Source: an uncultured Prochlorococcus sp.
GTDB taxonomy: Bacteria > Cyanobacteriota > Cyanobacteriia > PCC-6307 > Cyanobiaceae
DNA: 64,000 nucleotides
NCBI GenBank assembly: GCA_902535175.1
Contig: CACASR010000004.1
Span: 5,611-69,610 of the forward strand
Reading direction: 5' to 3'
Shown: in pieces, positions 44,993 to 56,419 of the stretch
How the letters are laid out: each line of letters begins with the position of its first letter
How positions within the stretch are numbered: position 1 is the stretch's first letter
Made by a program: the position numbers and the translations under genes
The notes under the pieces: model-generated
What the model was told of the DNA's origin: nothing
Database searches by the model: none
The model's input: the letters and a program-made list of their open reading frames with translations, nothing else

Positions 44993-45066
44993 AATTTTTT
45001 GTTAATTCTGGTCTTTGTCAGAATTGATAAATTAGAAAAAGTTGAAATCTAGTTGCTGATGAAAAA

Positions 45067-45423
45067 TTAATCAATTACTTCACCAGTTTTCTTCAATCTT
45101 CTTTTCTTAACACCCTCTTTATCAATAAAGTATTCAATCTTACTTGTAAGATTTTTATCCTTTGAAAAGAACATTACATTTGATGCATGTAAAGATGCTT
45201 CTTCTGTAAGTATTCTTCCAGTTTCACCTTCCTGAGTTGGTTTTACATGTTTAGTCCTAAGGTTAATTCCCTTCACAACTACTCTATTTTCAAGAGGGAT
45301 AGTTTTTAAAACCTCACCAGTTTTCCCTTTGTCCTTGCCATTAATTACTTTTACCAAATCTCCAGTTTTGATTCTCATTTTTATTCTCTGGAAATTTTTC
45401 TTTTGCTTTAATGAATCCAACAT
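45067..45423 (-). CDS. rplX: 50S ribosomal protein L24
   Basis: [17 protein letters not shown] motif, HASNV. Confidence 0.98.
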   Translation of the reverse strand: MLDSLKQKKNFQRIKMRIKTGDLVKVINGKDKGKTGEVLKTIPLENRVVVKGINLRTKHVKPTQEGETGRILTEEASLHASNVMFFSKDKNLTSKIEYFIDKEGVKKRRLKKTGEVID

Positions 45424-45789
45424 TTAAATCACCTCCGGAGCAAGAGAAACAATCTTTGTATAATTTTTATCCCGCAGTTCTCTAGCTACAGGACCAAAGA
45501 CTCTCGTACCTTTTGGATTCTTATCTTCATTAATCAATACTGCCGCATTGTCATCAAATCTGATTGAATTACCAGTATTTCTTCTTAATGTTGCTTTAGT
45601 TCTGACGATAACAGCTTTAACAACTTCAGATTTCTTAACTCCCATGTTAGGAAGAGCATCCTTTACAGTTGCTACAATTACATCTCCGACATGCGCATAC
45701 CTTCTATTAGAACCTAAAACCCTAATACATTGGAGTCTTTTTGCTCCGCTATTATCAGCTACTGTTAAATAAGTTTCTTGTTGAATCAT
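45424..45789 (-). CDS. rplN: 50S ribosomal protein L14
   Basis: [21 protein letters not shown]. Confidence 0.99.
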
Positions 45790-46052
45790 TTTTTAACCTC
45801 CTTAGCCTGACTTGTTTTATTGAGAATCTCTTCTATTGCCCATCTTTTATGAGCACTGAGAGGTCTAGTTTCTCTAATTTTAACTCGATCACCTAAAACA
45901 CACGTATTTTCTGGATCATGAGCCTTATATCGTGTAGTTCTACTTACAATTTTTTTATAAGTGGGATGTGGATATCTGTTAATAACAGCAACAACAACTG
46001 TTTTATTCATTTTGTCGCTGACTACAGTACCAATTCTTTCTTTAAGTGCCAT
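45786..46052 (-). CDS. rpsQ: 30S ribosomal protein S17
   Basis: [17 protein letters not shown]. Confidence 0.98.
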
Positions 46053-46061
46053 AATTAATAA

Positions 46062-46280
46062 TTAATCAGAAGTTGTTTTAGAAGCAGATTGAGTCTTACT
46101 GAGAGTGAGTAATTGCGCAACTTGTTTCTTGATAATTTTAAATTTATGAGTTTCATTGAGCTGTCTTGTAGCTTGCTTGAATCTCAAGTCAAAAAGATCT
46201 TTTCGTAGTTGGTCAATCTTTTCAGTAATTTGTTCAGAATTTAATTTTTTAAATTCCTTAAGTGATTCTGAGTTTTTCAT
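46062..46280 (-). CDS. rpmC: 50S ribosomal protein L29
   Basis: [10 protein letters not shown]; position between rplP and rpsQ. Confidence 0.96.
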   Translation of the reverse strand: MKNSESLKEFKKLNSEQITEKIDQLRKDLFDLRFKQATRQLNETHKFKIIKKQVAQLLTLSKTQSASKTTSD

Positions 46281-46759
46281 TGTTTAACCTCCTCTTGAGC
46301 TTTTTTACTATTTTTTAAATTTTCTTGGGAGGAATTTTCTAAATTTTTATCAATGGAGATAAATTTAGTTTTTACAGGAAGTTTGTACTGAGCCAAACGC
46401 ATAGCTTCCTTTGCAATTTCCTCAGTGATATCCTCACCACCCATTTCAAATAATATTCTTCCAGGTTTTACAACTGCGACCCAAAACTCTGGATTACCTT
46501 TACCAGAACCCATTCTGGTTTCAGCAGGTCTCATGGTTACGGGTTTATCAGGAAATATTCTTATCCAGATTTGACCACCACGTTTAATATATCTGGTCAT
46601 AGCTCTTCTGCTTGCTTCAATCTGACGTGCAGTTACCCAGCCACAGTCTTGAGCTTGGAGAGCAAATTGACCGAATGCAATAGTATTACCTTTTGAGGAT
46701 ACACCCCTCATTCTGCCTCTATGTTGTTTACGGAATTTAGTACGTTTTGGACTAAGCAT
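46277..46759 (-). CDS. rplP: 50S ribosomal protein L16
   Basis: [19 protein letters not shown]. Confidence 0.99.
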   Translation of the reverse strand: MLSPKRTKFRKQHRGRMRGVSSKGNTIAFGQFALQAQDCGWVTARQIEASRRAMTRYIKRGGQIWIRIFPDKPVTMRPAETRMGSGKGNPEFWVAVVKPGRILFEMGGEDITEEIAKEAMRLAQYKLPVKTKFISIDKNLENSSQENLKNSKKAQEEVKQ

Positions 46760-46770
46760 TTTTTTACCTC

Positions 46771-47502
46771 CTATGAATTCTCATTTGAACGATCCTCAAA
46801 TTGCTGAGTTCTTCTACTAGCTTTCCTCTTAGGGCTCGCACCCACAGGGATAGTTTGTTCTTCTTTAGGGAGGACTTCACCTTTAAAAACCCAAACTTTA
46901 ATGCCTAGAACACCGTAAGTTGTATTAGCTTCCCGAGTTGCATAGTCAATTTCAGCTCTCAATGTATGTAATGGAACTCTACCTTCTCTAGTCCATTCAG
47001 TTCTAGCTATTTCAGCACCATTCAACCTTCCACCAACTTGAATTTTTAGACCTAATACTCCAGCCCTTTGAGCCCTTTGTAAGGCCATCCTTATAGTTCT
47101 CCTAAAGGCGACTCTTTTTTCAAGTTGTTGCGCAATATATTCAGCTAGTAAAAAAGCATCAGCATCTACGCGTTCAACTTCTACGACGTTTATTCTGACT
47201 TGCCTTGTTCTATCCCCTATAGTTTTTTGAATACCAGATCTTAATTCTTCAATCCCACTTCCTTGTCTTCCAACTATAACTCCTGGTCTTGCTGTTTTTA
47301 ATTCAAGTTCTAGTTGGTCAGCTTTTCTAGCTATTAAAACATCGCTAATTCCTGCTGCTCCATATTTTTTTTGAATGAAGGTACGAATTTTAAAATCTTC
47401 TTGAAGAAGAATTGGATATGTTTTAGAAGTAGCAAACCACTTAGAGCGATGCTCCTGTGTAATTCCTAATCTTAGTCCGGAAGGATGTATTTTATGTCCC
47501 AT
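46771..47502 (-). CDS. rpsC: 30S ribosomal protein S3
   Basis: [24 protein letters not shown]. Confidence 0.99.
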   Translation of the reverse strand: MGHKIHPSGLRLGITQEHRSKWFATSKTYPILLQEDFKIRTFIQKKYGAAGISDVLIARKADQLELELKTARPGVIVGRQGSGIEELRSGIQKTIGDRTRQVRINVVEVERVDADAFLLAEYIAQQLEKRVAFRRTIRMALQRAQRAGVLGLKIQVGGRLNGAEIARTEWTREGRVPLHTLRAEIDYATREANTTYGVLGIKVWVFKGEVLPKEEQTIPVGASPKRKASRRTQQFEDRSNENS

Positions 47503-47888
47503 TAGTTTTGTACCTCCGCATTAGTTTGAATAGGAGCAGATTCAACAGAAATACTGATATGGCAAGTCTGTTTTTTAATTGAGAAAGCTCGACCTTGAGC
47601 TCTGGGCCTATACCTTTTCATTACTGGACCACTATTAGCCCATGCAGAGGAAATAACTAAGGTGGATGGATCCATTCCAAGGTTATGTTCTGCATTGGCA
47701 ACCGCAGATCTTAGAACTTTAGTGATAGGGTCTGTAGATCTGTATGGCATAAATTCCAACATAATCAATGCATCTCTATAAGACCTACCCCTTATCTGAT
47801 CCAAAACTCTTCTCACTTTAGAGGCTGATCCGCGAACGTAATTCCCATGAGCAATTGCTGTTTTTGTTGTTTCAGGTGTTTTTGTCAT
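47502..47888 (-). CDS. rplV: 50S ribosomal protein L22
   Basis: [28 protein letters not shown]. Confidence 0.98.
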
Positions 47889-48163
47889 GATTTTGCTCCT
47901 TTCTTATCTCTTATATGACCTCGGTAAGTACGTGTAGGAGCAAATTCACCAAGTTTATGACCAATCATTTGTTCAGTAATAAATACTGGAATGTGAGTCT
48001 TGCCATTATGTACAGCGATTGTATGACCAATCATTAAAGGTAAAATAGTAGAAGATCTCGACCAAGTTTTGATAACTGACTTGTCATTATCAGTATTTTG
48101 TTTTTCTACCTTCTTGAGCAGGCTATCTGCTATAAAAGGTCCTTTTTTTAGTGAACGTCCCAT
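47885..48163 (-). CDS. rpsS: 30S ribosomal protein S19
   Basis: [21 protein letters not shown]; true ATG at 48163 (ORF-track extension to 48256 overlaps rplB). Confidence 0.98.
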
Positions 48164-48200
48164 AATTATGTAATAGAAATTGAAATAATAAATGAAGTAA

Positions 48201-49064
48201 TCAAGAGTCTCTTCCTCCTCTACTCCTCTTAGAAATGCGACGGCGTCTTCGAACAACTAATTTATTACTTGGTTTGTTCTTTTTACGTGTCTTTAATCCA
48301 AGAGCTGGTTTACCCCATGGAGTAACTGGTCCTGCTCTACCAATTGGTGCTTTTCCCTCTCCTCCTCCGTGTGGATGATCACATGGGTTCATTACACTAC
48401 CTCTTACTTGAGGCCTTCTTCCAAGCCATCTTCTTCTTCCTGCTTTACCTAAGCTAGTATTTCTTATTTCAGAATTACCAACTTCACCAAGAGTTGCGTA
48501 GCATTCTTTTCTTACAAGTCTTACCTCGGTAGATGGGAGTTTTAAAGCAACATAATCGCCTTCTTTTGCCATAACTTGAGCACTAGCTCCTGCGGATCTA
48601 ACCATCTGAGCACCCCTACCTGCATATAATTCAACACAATGAACACTAGATCCTAATGGCATAACAGAAAGTGGCATTGCATTACCATCTTCAATTGGAA
48701 CACTTTCTCCAGATATAACATTTTGTCCGACTTTTACTCCTGCTGGAGCGATAATATATCTTTTTTCCCCATCTTCGTAGAATAAAAGTGCCAGCCTTGC
48801 ATTTCTATGAGGATCGTAGTGTATAGCTGCAACTTTAGCGTTGATGTTTCTTTTATCTCTTCTAAAGTCAACTAATCTATATTGCCTTTTGTGACCACCT
48901 CCACGGTGACGACAAGTGATAACTCCACGATTATTCCTGCCTTTAACTCTATGTTTTGAAACTATTAATGATCTTTCGGGTTTTGCACTTGTTATTTCAC
49001 TAAAGTCAGTAACTACTCTCTGCCTAGTACCAGGTGTATAAGGTTTAAATTTACGGATTGCCAT
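48201..49064 (-). CDS. rplB: 50S ribosomal protein L2
   Basis: [22 protein letters not shown]. Confidence 0.99.
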
Positions 49065-49076
49065 GATTAAAACTCC

Positions 49077-49379
49077 TTAAGATTCTGGAAATAGTTGGAT
49101 TTTGTCTCCTTCAGCAAGACGCACAATTGCCTTCTTGACCTGAGAACGTTTACCGGAAAATTTCCCGACTCTTCTTGTTCTCCTAGGAGGATTCATAGTG
49201 TTAACTCCTATAACTTTAACACTGAATAAGGCTTCAACAGCTGCCTTTATTTGTGGTTTTGCAGCTCTATGATCTACTTCAAAAGTATATTGGTTAAGAT
49301 CTAGCGCATTTGTAGCTTTCTCTGTAATAACTGGCTTTCTTATTACATCGGCTAAACGAGAATCGAATAATTTACTCAT
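49077..49379 (-). CDS. rplW: 50S ribosomal protein L23
   Basis: PVITEK, KKAIVRL. Confidence 0.98.
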   Translation of the reverse strand: MSKLFDSRLADVIRKPVITEKATNALDLNQYTFEVDHRAAKPQIKAAVEALFSVKVIGVNTMNPPRRTRRVGKFSGKRSQVKKAIVRLAEGDKIQLFPES

Positions 49380-50008
49380 GATGCATAAACCTCCTGAATT
49401 TTATCTATCGCTGATTGTCCAATGACCAATTTATTAGCATTGAGAATATCAAATACATTTAATTGATCGGCGGCAATTAATTTTACTTTTTCAATATTAT
49501 TAATGGATTTTTTTATAACATCGGACGGACTATCAAGAATAACCAAAACTTTTTCAGTTTTTTGTATACCTAATCGAGCAAGGCCATTAATGATATCACT
49601 TGTTTTAGGTTGCTTTAAAGTAGATCCAAAATCTTCGACGGCCTTAATATCAGATACTCTAGACATAAGAGCAGTTCTAAGAGCTAACCTACGTTCCTTA
49701 CGGTTCATATCAAGATTGTAAGAACGTGGCTTCGGTCCAAAAATAATTCCGCCACCGGGTCTCAAGGGTGTCCTTATTGATCCTTGACGGGCTCTTCCTG
49801 TACCTTTCTGTTTATAAGGCTTTCTACCGCCCCCACGTACTTCAGATCTTGTCAAAGTTGATGCTGTCCCCTGTCTTTTATTTGCTAACTGCCTTAGGAC
49901 TGCTCTATGCATTAAGTCTGCAGAAGAAGTTTCTTTAGCAACTGCTAAATCAAGAGAAACTTTGCCAGATTTTTTACCGTCCCACTTAAGAGTTTCAAGT
50001 GTTGTCAT
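49376..50008 (-). CDS. rplD: 50S ribosomal protein L4
   Basis: [20 protein letters not shown]. Confidence 0.99.
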   Translation of the reverse strand: MTTLETLKWDGKKSGKVSLDLAVAKETSSADLMHRAVLRQLANKRQGTASTLTRSEVRGGGRKPYKQKGTGRARQGSIRTPLRPGGGIIFGPKPRSYNLDMNRKERRLALRTALMSRVSDIKAVEDFGSTLKQPKTSDIINGLARLGIQKTEKVLVILDSPSDVIKKSINNIEKVKLIAADQLNVFDILNANKLVIGQSAIDKIQEVYAS

Positions 50009-50658
50009 GATTTTTCACCTCCTTTTTTACCTACAACATTATTTGGCTTAATGTTAATTATTGAGCCTGGCTTCCCAGGGACAGAACCCTTTACCACAAG
50101 CAAATTTTTCTGGTCATCAATTTTTAGAACTAACAAACCTTTTGTAGTAATCTGTTTTCCTCCATATCTTCCTGCCATTCTTTTCCCAGGATAAATTCTG
50201 CCTGGAGTTGTTCCTGCACCTGTAGATCCAGGAGCTCTATGATTTTTTGAGCCATGACTCATAGGACCTCTGCTAAAACCATGTCTTTTCTGGTAACCAG
50301 CAAAACCTCTACCCATAGATTTGCCACTAATATCAACTTTTTGACCAACCTCAAAGTTTTTTACAGTTATTTGATTTCCGATTTCATAAGATGAAGTTTC
50401 TTCAACCCTATATTCTTTCAAATGCTTCAAAAGTTCTTCACCTGATTTCAACAAATGTCCCTTTTCAGGTTTACTTATATGCTTATCTTTGGACAACCCA
50501 TAACCTATTTGAACGGCAGTATACCCATCCAAAGCGGTTGTTTTCAATTGAGTGATACGGCAAGGTCCAGCCTCAATAAGAGTAACTGGCACCGAATTAC
50601 CTTTCTCGTCGAAAAGTTGGGACATGCCCAATTTCTTTCCTAAAATTCCTATAGACAT
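50005..50658 (-). CDS. rplC: 50S ribosomal protein L3
   Basis: [25 protein letters not shown]. Confidence 0.99.
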   Translation of the reverse strand: MSIGILGKKLGMSQLFDEKGNSVPVTLIEAGPCRITQLKTTALDGYTAVQIGYGLSKDKHISKPEKGHLLKSGEELLKHLKEYRVEETSSYEIGNQITVKNFEVGQKVDISGKSMGRGFAGYQKRHGFSRGPMSHGSKNHRAPGSTGAGTTPGRIYPGKRMAGRYGGKQITTKGLLVLKIDDQKNLLVVKGSVPGKPGSIINIKPNNVVGKKGGEKS

Positions 50659-50827
50659 AAGACTAAATTAGGCTAGCTCGTAATGATTTTTAAATTATCT
50701 AAAACCTTCAGTTATTAAGGCAAAGTTAATAAAAAAACAATTAATTAAGGCTGAGACTTATCTGAAAATTTAGATAGTTTCTCCTGGGATAAACCCACCT
50801 GTGTTTTTTAACGAAACGCTAAAAAAT

Positions 50828-50874
50828 GTGAAATTTTACAGAGGCTCGGCTAGCTTGCGAGCTTAAAAATTCAC
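50828..50874 (-). promoter_or_regulatory. Long stem-loop in the putative rplC operon leader
   Basis: Minus strand GTGAATTTTTAAGCTCG-CAAGCTAGC-CGAGCCTCTGTAAAATTTCAC pairs end to end with a bulge. Confidence 0.55.
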
Positions 50875-50939
50875 TGAGTTACAATTGTACATCATCAAGT
50901 ACCATAAAATAAAATAAAATAGAAATAAAGGAAATTTTT

Positions 50940-51416
50940 ATGCCATTACTTCTCACAGGAAAAAAGTTTCATAACGATTTAAAAACTAACAAATGTCTTG
51001 CAATCTTTGCTCCTCTTGAAGGTGGTTATGAAACTCGTCTTTTGAGGAGAATGAGGGCCAAGGGCTTTAAAACTTTTATAACCTCCGCGAGAGGACTTGG
51101 AGATCCAGAAGTCTTCTTGCTCAAATTGCATGGCGTTAGACCACCGCACCTTGGTCATCAAAGCGTAGGAAGAAACGGAGCACTCGGGGAAGTTCAACAA
51201 GTTATCCCACAAGCTTCTGAGTTATTTAATGAAAATGATAAAAATAAATTACTTTGGTTATTAGAAGGTCAAGTACTATCTCAATCTGAATTAGAGAGCT
51301 TAATAGAGATTTGCACTAACGATAATAAACTAACGATAGTTGTTGAAATGGGGGGCTCTAGAAAACTTGAATGGAAGCCGTTAAGTAATTATATTTTAGA
51401 TGAATTTGAAAGTTAA
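50940..51416 (+). CDS. ndhN: NAD(P)H-quinone oxidoreductase subunit N
   Basis: [31 protein letters not shown]. Confidence 0.95.
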   Translation: MPLLLTGKKFHNDLKTNKCLAIFAPLEGGYETRLLRRMRAKGFKTFITSARGLGDPEVFLLKLHGVRPPHLGHQSVGRNGALGEVQQVIPQASELFNENDKNKLLWLLEGQVLSQSELESLIEICTNDNKLTIVVEMGGSRKLEWKPLSNYILDEFES

Positions 51417-51421
51417 ATTGT

Positions 51422-52429
51422 TTGATTTCAACTAAGAATAAAAAAGATAAATGGATTAAATTAATTTGTGGTGCCAGTAATGAAGATATTGTTGCCATAG
51501 AAGATTTATGTGCAATTTATTCTGCTGCTGGTGTCGACTACATAGATGTTGCAGCAGAAGAATCTATAGTCCACGCAGCAAAAAAAGGAATAGAGTGGGC
51601 AAAAAAAGTCTTTAAAAACTCCCCTGGCTTAATGATAAGCATTAGTGATGGAAATGATATCCACTTTCGTAAAGCAAAATTTGATCCATTGAAATGTCCC
51701 CCTAATTGTCCAAGACCGTGCGAAAAAGTATGCCCCACCTTTGCAATTGATAATTCTGGCATCAAAAAAAGTAAATGTTATGGATGTGGAAGATGTTTAA
51801 ATAGCTGTCCCCTAAATCTAATTAGTGAATATGAATATAATTTGTCAAAAGATGATTTAAGATCAACACTTCAGAAAATAAAGCCTAATGCAGTAGAAAT
51901 TCATACAGAAATCAATCGCCTAGATTCATTTGCAAAAGTTGTCAGTATCCTTAAAAGTTCTGGAATGAAATTAGACAAGATATCTATCAGTTGTGGATTA
52001 AATCAATCTTTCAAAAAATCACAAGAGCCTGAAGATCTTTTGAAAGCGCTTTGGGAAAGATATGAAATTCTTAAAAAACTTGATATTCCCCTTATTTGGC
52101 AACTAGATGGAAGGCCAATGTCTGGAGATCTTGCTCCTTCAACAAGTAGAGATGCTGTTAAGTTGTTTGAAAAAATCGGTTCAGATCTTCCACCTGGATT
52201 AATTCAACTGGCAGGAGGAACAAATGAAAAAACTCATGAATTTTTGAATTCAAACAATCTCCCAGACGGAATAGCATTTGGAAGTGCTGCAAGAAAAATT
52301 ATGCAGCCCCTCATTGAATTTGCTCACAAAAATAACAAAAAACTCTATGAGTATCCTGAAAGAATGGCTTTAGCGATTAAAAAAGCTAAGAAATTTCTAG
52401 AGCCATGGAAATCAAGCTCATTCAAATAA
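51422..52429 (+). CDS. ldpA: Light-dependent period protein LdpA (4Fe-4S dicluster)
   Basis: KLICGAS, HFRKA, CPPNCPRPCEKVCP, CYGCGRCLNSCP, WQLDGRPMSGD. Confidence 0.88.
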   Translation: MISTKNKKDKWIKLICGASNEDIVAIEDLCAIYSAAGVDYIDVAAEESIVHAAKKGIEWAKKVFKNSPGLMISISDGNDIHFRKAKFDPLKCPPNCPRPCEKVCPTFAIDNSGIKKSKCYGCGRCLNSCPLNLISEYEYNLSKDDLRSTLQKIKPNAVEIHTEINRLDSFAKVVSILKSSGMKLDKISISCGLNQSFKKSQEPEDLLKALWERYEILKKLDIPLIWQLDGRPMSGDLAPSTSRDAVKLFEKIGSDLPPGLIQLAGGTNEKTHEFLNSNNLPDGIAFGSAARKIMQPLIEFAHKNNKKLYEYPERMALAIKKAKKFLEPWKSSSFK

Positions 52430-52523
52430 TTTTTTTATTTTTCAAAACTCGTGCCATGTTTATAAAAACTTTCTATTTTTTGGATAGAAAAAAATCTTTT
52501 CATGTATTAAAATAAAAAATTAA

Positions 52524-52595
52524 TGGGCCGTCGCCAAGTGGTAAGGCATCGGGTTTTGGTCTCGACATTCCTAGGTTCGAATCCTAGCGGCCCAG
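52524..52595 (+). tRNA. tRNA-Gln (anticodon TTG)
   Basis: Acceptor TGGGCCG/CGGCCCA, D-loop GCCAAGTGGTAAGGC, anticodon loop TT-TTG-GT, GGTTCGAATCC. Confidence 0.96.
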
Positions 52596-52611
52596 TTGTA
52601 ATATTCAATAT

Positions 52612-53388
52612 GTGTCTTCTCAAAAAATATTTCTATTTGATTTCGATGGAGTAATAATCGATGGAATGCAAGAATATTGGCATAGTTCCTTGTTGGCCTG
52701 TGAACGATATTTAAAGCCACCTTGCATCTCTGTTGATCAAAAACTTTATAAGAGAGTACCAAATTCTTTCAAAGAAATTAGGCCTTGGGTTAAATATGGT
52801 TGGGAGATGATTCTAATTGTTCACGAAATTATAAAAACAGAAAATCCATTAAAGAATGATAATAAAGTTGATTTCATTAATAATTATCATCAAAATTGCC
52901 AAAGGATATTAAATGAAAATTCCTGGATTGCTGAAGATTTACAAAAAATGTTAGATCAGTCGCGCAAGGACCAAATTGATAAAGATTTTAAATCTTGGGT
53001 AAATTTACATAATCCTTTTTTTGAAGTTATAAATTTTATGAAAGAATTAAGGAAAAGAGAAATAAAAACTGGAGTTATAACAACTAAAGGTAAAATATTT
53101 GCTGAAAAAATTCTTAAACAGTTAAATATTTTTCCAGAATTTATTTTTGGTTATGAATCCGGAACAAAAGTCAAAATAGCTGAGAAGCTTACACAAAATT
53201 ATGAAATTTTAGGTTTTATAGAAGATAGAAAAAAAACTCTAATAGATATTAAACAAAATTCAGAAACTTCTCATATTCCATGCTACCTAGCAGATTGGGG
53301 ATATTTGAAAGGATCTGATAAATATACTTTAAGTAATGAAATCAAATTATTAAAATTAGATAACCTTAAGGAATTAGTTGCAATTTAA
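52612..53388 (+). CDS. HAD-superfamily hydrolase
   Basis: FDFDGVIID, ITTK, FIEDR, LADWGY. Confidence 0.85.
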   Translation: MSSQKIFLFDFDGVIIDGMQEYWHSSLLACERYLKPPCISVDQKLYKRVPNSFKEIRPWVKYGWEMILIVHEIIKTENPLKNDNKVDFINNYHQNCQRILNENSWIAEDLQKMLDQSRKDQIDKDFKSWVNLHNPFFEVINFMKELRKREIKTGVITTKGKIFAEKILKQLNIFPEFIFGYESGTKVKIAEKLTQNYEILGFIEDRKKTLIDIKQNSETSHIPCYLADWGYLKGSDKYTLSNEIKLLKLDNLKELVAI

Positions 53389-53402
53389 AGATATTCAGTT
53401 AG

Positions 53403-53416
53403 AGTACAGATGTACT
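53403..53416 (+). promoter_or_regulatory. Cyanobacterial LexA box abutting the recA -10 element
   Basis: AGTACAGATGTACT fits RGTAC-NNN-DGTWCB; TATAGT follows at 53416-53421. Confidence 0.85.
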
Positions 53417-53500
53417 ATAGTATGTATTTATGAAGTTTGGTTTAAATAAAAATTTCCAAATTTAGAATAATTACAAGAACTTTAACCGATAAATCAAACA

Positions 53501-54598
53501 ATGAGCCTTGAAGAAAAGAAAAAAATTGAATCAAAAGAAAAAGACAAAGCATTAAGTCTTGTCTTAGGTCAAATAGAAAGAAATTTTGGGCGGGGATCAA
53601 TAATGAGACTTGGTGACGCCTCAAGAATGAAAGTAGAAACAATATCTACTGGAGCGCTCACCTTAGATTTAGCATTAGGAGGAGGCTATCCAAAAGGAAG
53701 AGTAGTAGAAGTTTACGGGCCAGAAAGTTCAGGAAAAACTACATTAACGCTGCACGCGATTGCTGAAGTGCAAAAGAATGGAGGAGTAGCAGCATTTGTA
53801 GATGCTGAGCATGCACTCGATCCAGTTTATGCAGCCTCTTTAGGAGTTGATGTTGAAAATTTGTTAGTTTCACAACCAGATACAGGTGAAATGGCTCTGG
53901 AAATAGTTGACCAACTTATAAGATCGAGTGCAGTAGATCTTGTAGTTGTTGACTCGGTCGCAGCACTAACCCCAAGAGCTGAGATAGAAGGAGAGATGGG
54001 AGATCACGTAATTGGAAGCCAAGCAAGGCTAATGAGCCAAGCAATGAGGAAAATAACAGGAAATATTGGTAAATCTGGATGTACGGTAATATTCCTGAAT
54101 CAATTACGCCTAAAAATTGGCGTTACATACGGCAATCCAGAAACAACCACGGGAGGTAATGCATTAAAATTTTATGCCTCAGTGAGACTTGATATCAGAA
54201 GAATTCAAACTCTTAAAAGAGGTACTGAAGAATATGGCATAAGAGCAAAAGTGAAAGTAGCAAAAAATAAAGTTGCGCCACCATTTAGAATTGCAGAGTT
54301 TGATATTCTCTTCGGAAAAGGTATTAGTACAACAGGATGTTTATTAGATTTAGCAGAAGAGACTAATATTATAATAAGAAGAGGTGCTTGGTATAGTTAT
54401 GAAGGAGAAAATATTGGACAAGGAAGAGATAATACAATTATTTGGCTTGATCAAAACTTAGAAATCAGGAATAAAGTAGAATCTATGGTTAAAGCGAAAT
54501 TAACAGAAGGAACTGAAGTCAGTTCTAATTCAATGAAAGCATTGAATAGCAATCCCGCTAATACAATCGCTGTTAATGATATAAAAACAGTAGCTTAG
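53501..54598 (+). CDS. recA: Recombinase A
   Basis: [25 protein letters not shown]. Confidence 0.99.
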   Translation: MSLEEKKKIESKEKDKALSLVLGQIERNFGRGSIMRLGDASRMKVETISTGALTLDLALGGGYPKGRVVEVYGPESSGKTTLTLHAIAEVQKNGGVAAFVDAEHALDPVYAASLGVDVENLLVSQPDTGEMALEIVDQLIRSSAVDLVVVDSVAALTPRAEIEGEMGDHVIGSQARLMSQAMRKITGNIGKSGCTVIFLNQLRLKIGVTYGNPETTTGGNALKFYASVRLDIRRIQTLKRGTEEYGIRAKVKVAKNKVAPPFRIAEFDILFGKGISTTGCLLDLAEETNIIIRRGAWYSYEGENIGQGRDNTIIWLDQNLEIRNKVESMVKAKLTEGTEVSSNSMKALNSNPANTIAVNDIKTVA

Positions 54599-54600
54599 AT

Positions 54601-54846
54601 TTATAAAGAATCAGCTAAAGTCCACCACCCAGCAGCAGGGCCTATAAATCTCACTACAATCCATAAGATAACTAACCCTCCGATTCCAAACCAACTGGCC
54701 TTAATACTTAATTTAATTAGGTTATCTCTTTGATTGATTGTAAAGGGAAGCCATTCAAATAATCTTGGAGACTCATCAATTTTAGTTTTAGTATTATTTT
54801 TTTTTGGAGGTAAACCTAGTGTTTTACGTCTTTTTGCTTCTCCCAT
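54601..54846 (-). CDS. DUF2839-like small membrane protein
   Basis: MGEAKRRK start, TM helix, RFIGPAAGWW. Confidence 0.8.
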   Translation of the reverse strand: MGEAKRRKTLGLPPKKNNTKTKIDESPRLFEWLPFTINQRDNLIKLSIKASWFGIGGLVILWIVVRFIGPAAGWWTLADSL

Positions 54847-54875
54847 ATTTATTTAGTTATTTACAAAATCATAAC

Positions 54876-56324
54876 CTAATCAAAAGGTAGCATATAGTTA
54901 ATTTTTTTTGAGGGTTGAATGTTTTGCAAAAGTAATCTTCCCCAGTTTCTTTTATTTGCTCTTCCATCTAAGATTATTAACTTGCCTGAATTTCTTCTTA
55001 AAGGAGAAATAGATCTTTCAAGTTTAATTCTAGCTTGAGGAAGAAAGAAGTCTCTAAACCAATCTTGAGAAAGCTTCTTTTTATGAGAGACTATAATTGC
55101 GTTTATAGGTTCTGACATATTCGGAACAGGAAGTAAAGGAATGATAATTTGTTCTGGGATTTGAATTAAATGAGAATTCATAATCCACCAATCAAAACTA
55201 GAGCAAAGAATTTCATTTTTACCAGAGGGAATTGTCTCTAGCAATACCCTCTTCCCGTACTTAGAAGCTAATTCTGTAGCAATGTTAGTTTTTAAATCAA
55301 TATCATCAGACAAAACTAAAGTTAAACCCTTTCTAAAAAGTGTTAACTTTTTGCATTTATCCAAGATTGAATTAGTAAAAAGAGGATTATTAGGAAGCAA
55401 CTGTTTAGAGGGTATATATAATGAAATCTTTTTCTCTTCAAAATTACTTTTAAAATTTATAACCAAGTCAATATCTAAATTGTGTTTTTTAAGGTACATT
55501 TGGAAAAAATTATCTTTTCTCAATGCTGATAAAAAAACAAATTTATTATTTGAAAAAAATTCCTTAATGTGAGAAAGTTCATCTATTGGCTGCAAATACA
55601 AAGTCCAATCTAAATTTGTATCATTTAACTTTACCCAGCATGCCCAACCTTTAGATAGTGCTTTATTAACCCTTAAAAATTTATCAGAAAAAAAAGAATT
55701 TTCATGAAAAAAATTTGAGAAAAAACTAATTTCTTTTTCATTTAAATTGATATAACTATTTCCTAAAACCTTTCGCATGAAGAACTTTGTCTTCAATGAA
55801 TCATATACTTTTATAAATTTTTGATTGATTAATTCAAATTCATTAAAATTTTTTGTCCAATCCTTTTTAAGCAAAGAAATTCTAAAATGATTTTTTAAAT
55901 CCTGTTTTATATCCTCAATTCCAGAATAAACTATTCGATGCTTTTTAAGATTACGAGAATTAGGGTCATTAAGTAAATCTTGGATTGTTATCAAACGAAT
56001 ATGATGATTTGCAAGAATAAGTTGATCATTTTTCAAAATAAAATTAAAACCTAGATTTCTCAATGAATCAATCTGAAATTGGCTTATAAATTGTATTTTT
56101 TCTTTAGATAAAATAAAAGTTGAATCCTCTTGCTTTAAGAACAAAGAAATCAAAATTGGAGGTAACCAATCATAGCTAGAGAAAATTTCTGAATTAATAA
56201 GATATGTAGAATCATTTTCAATACATTTGGAAATTATTCTCCCAAAAGAATATATGTGTTCCCACCTATTACTTTGATCTCTCAAAAAATTTTTTAAATA
56301 TTGATGACTTAAAATTTCAAGCAT
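54876..56324 (-). CDS. Degenerate DinG-like helicase-family protein
   Basis: C-terminal DWFRDFFLP...SPLRR-GKLIILDGR resembles the DinG C-terminal domain; no Walker A or DEAH motif visible. Confidence 0.65.
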   Translation of the reverse strand: MLEILSHQYLKNFLRDQSNRWEHIYSFGRIISKCIENDSTYLINSEIFSSYDWLPPILISLFLKQEDSTFILSKEKIQFISQFQIDSLRNLGFNFILKNDQLILANHHIRLITIQDLLNDPNSRNLKKHRIVYSGIEDIKQDLKNHFRISLLKKDWTKNFNEFELINQKFIKVYDSLKTKFFMRKVLGNSYINLNEKEISFFSNFFHENSFFSDKFLRVNKALSKGWACWVKLNDTNLDWTLYLQPIDELSHIKEFFSNNKFVFLSALRKDNFFQMYLKKHNLDIDLVINFKSNFEEKKISLYIPSKQLLPNNPLFTNSILDKCKKLTLFRKGLTLVLSDDIDLKTNIATELASKYGKRVLLETIPSGKNEILCSSFDWWIMNSHLIQIPEQIIIPLLPVPNMSEPINAIIVSHKKKLSQDWFRDFFLPQARIKLERSISPLRRNSGKLIILDGRANKRNWGRLLLQNIQPSKKINYMLPFD

Positions 56325-56419
56325 TTATAATTAATTTAATTTCAAATACATACAAAATTTATGAACCTAATATACAAAAAATTGGTATCAATATAAGAGG
56401 GTCTGGAATTAATCAATCT

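Noticed and set aside
48164-48256. N-terminal extension of S19 in the ORF track
   Set aside because: Overlaps rplB; the canonical [10 protein letters not shown] start is at 48163.
34539-50658. Absence of rpsJ, rpsN, rpmD, infA and rpsD from the ribosomal super-operon
   Set aside because: Matches the known cyanobacterial/picocyanobacterial arrangement; rpsJ follows tuf in this window.
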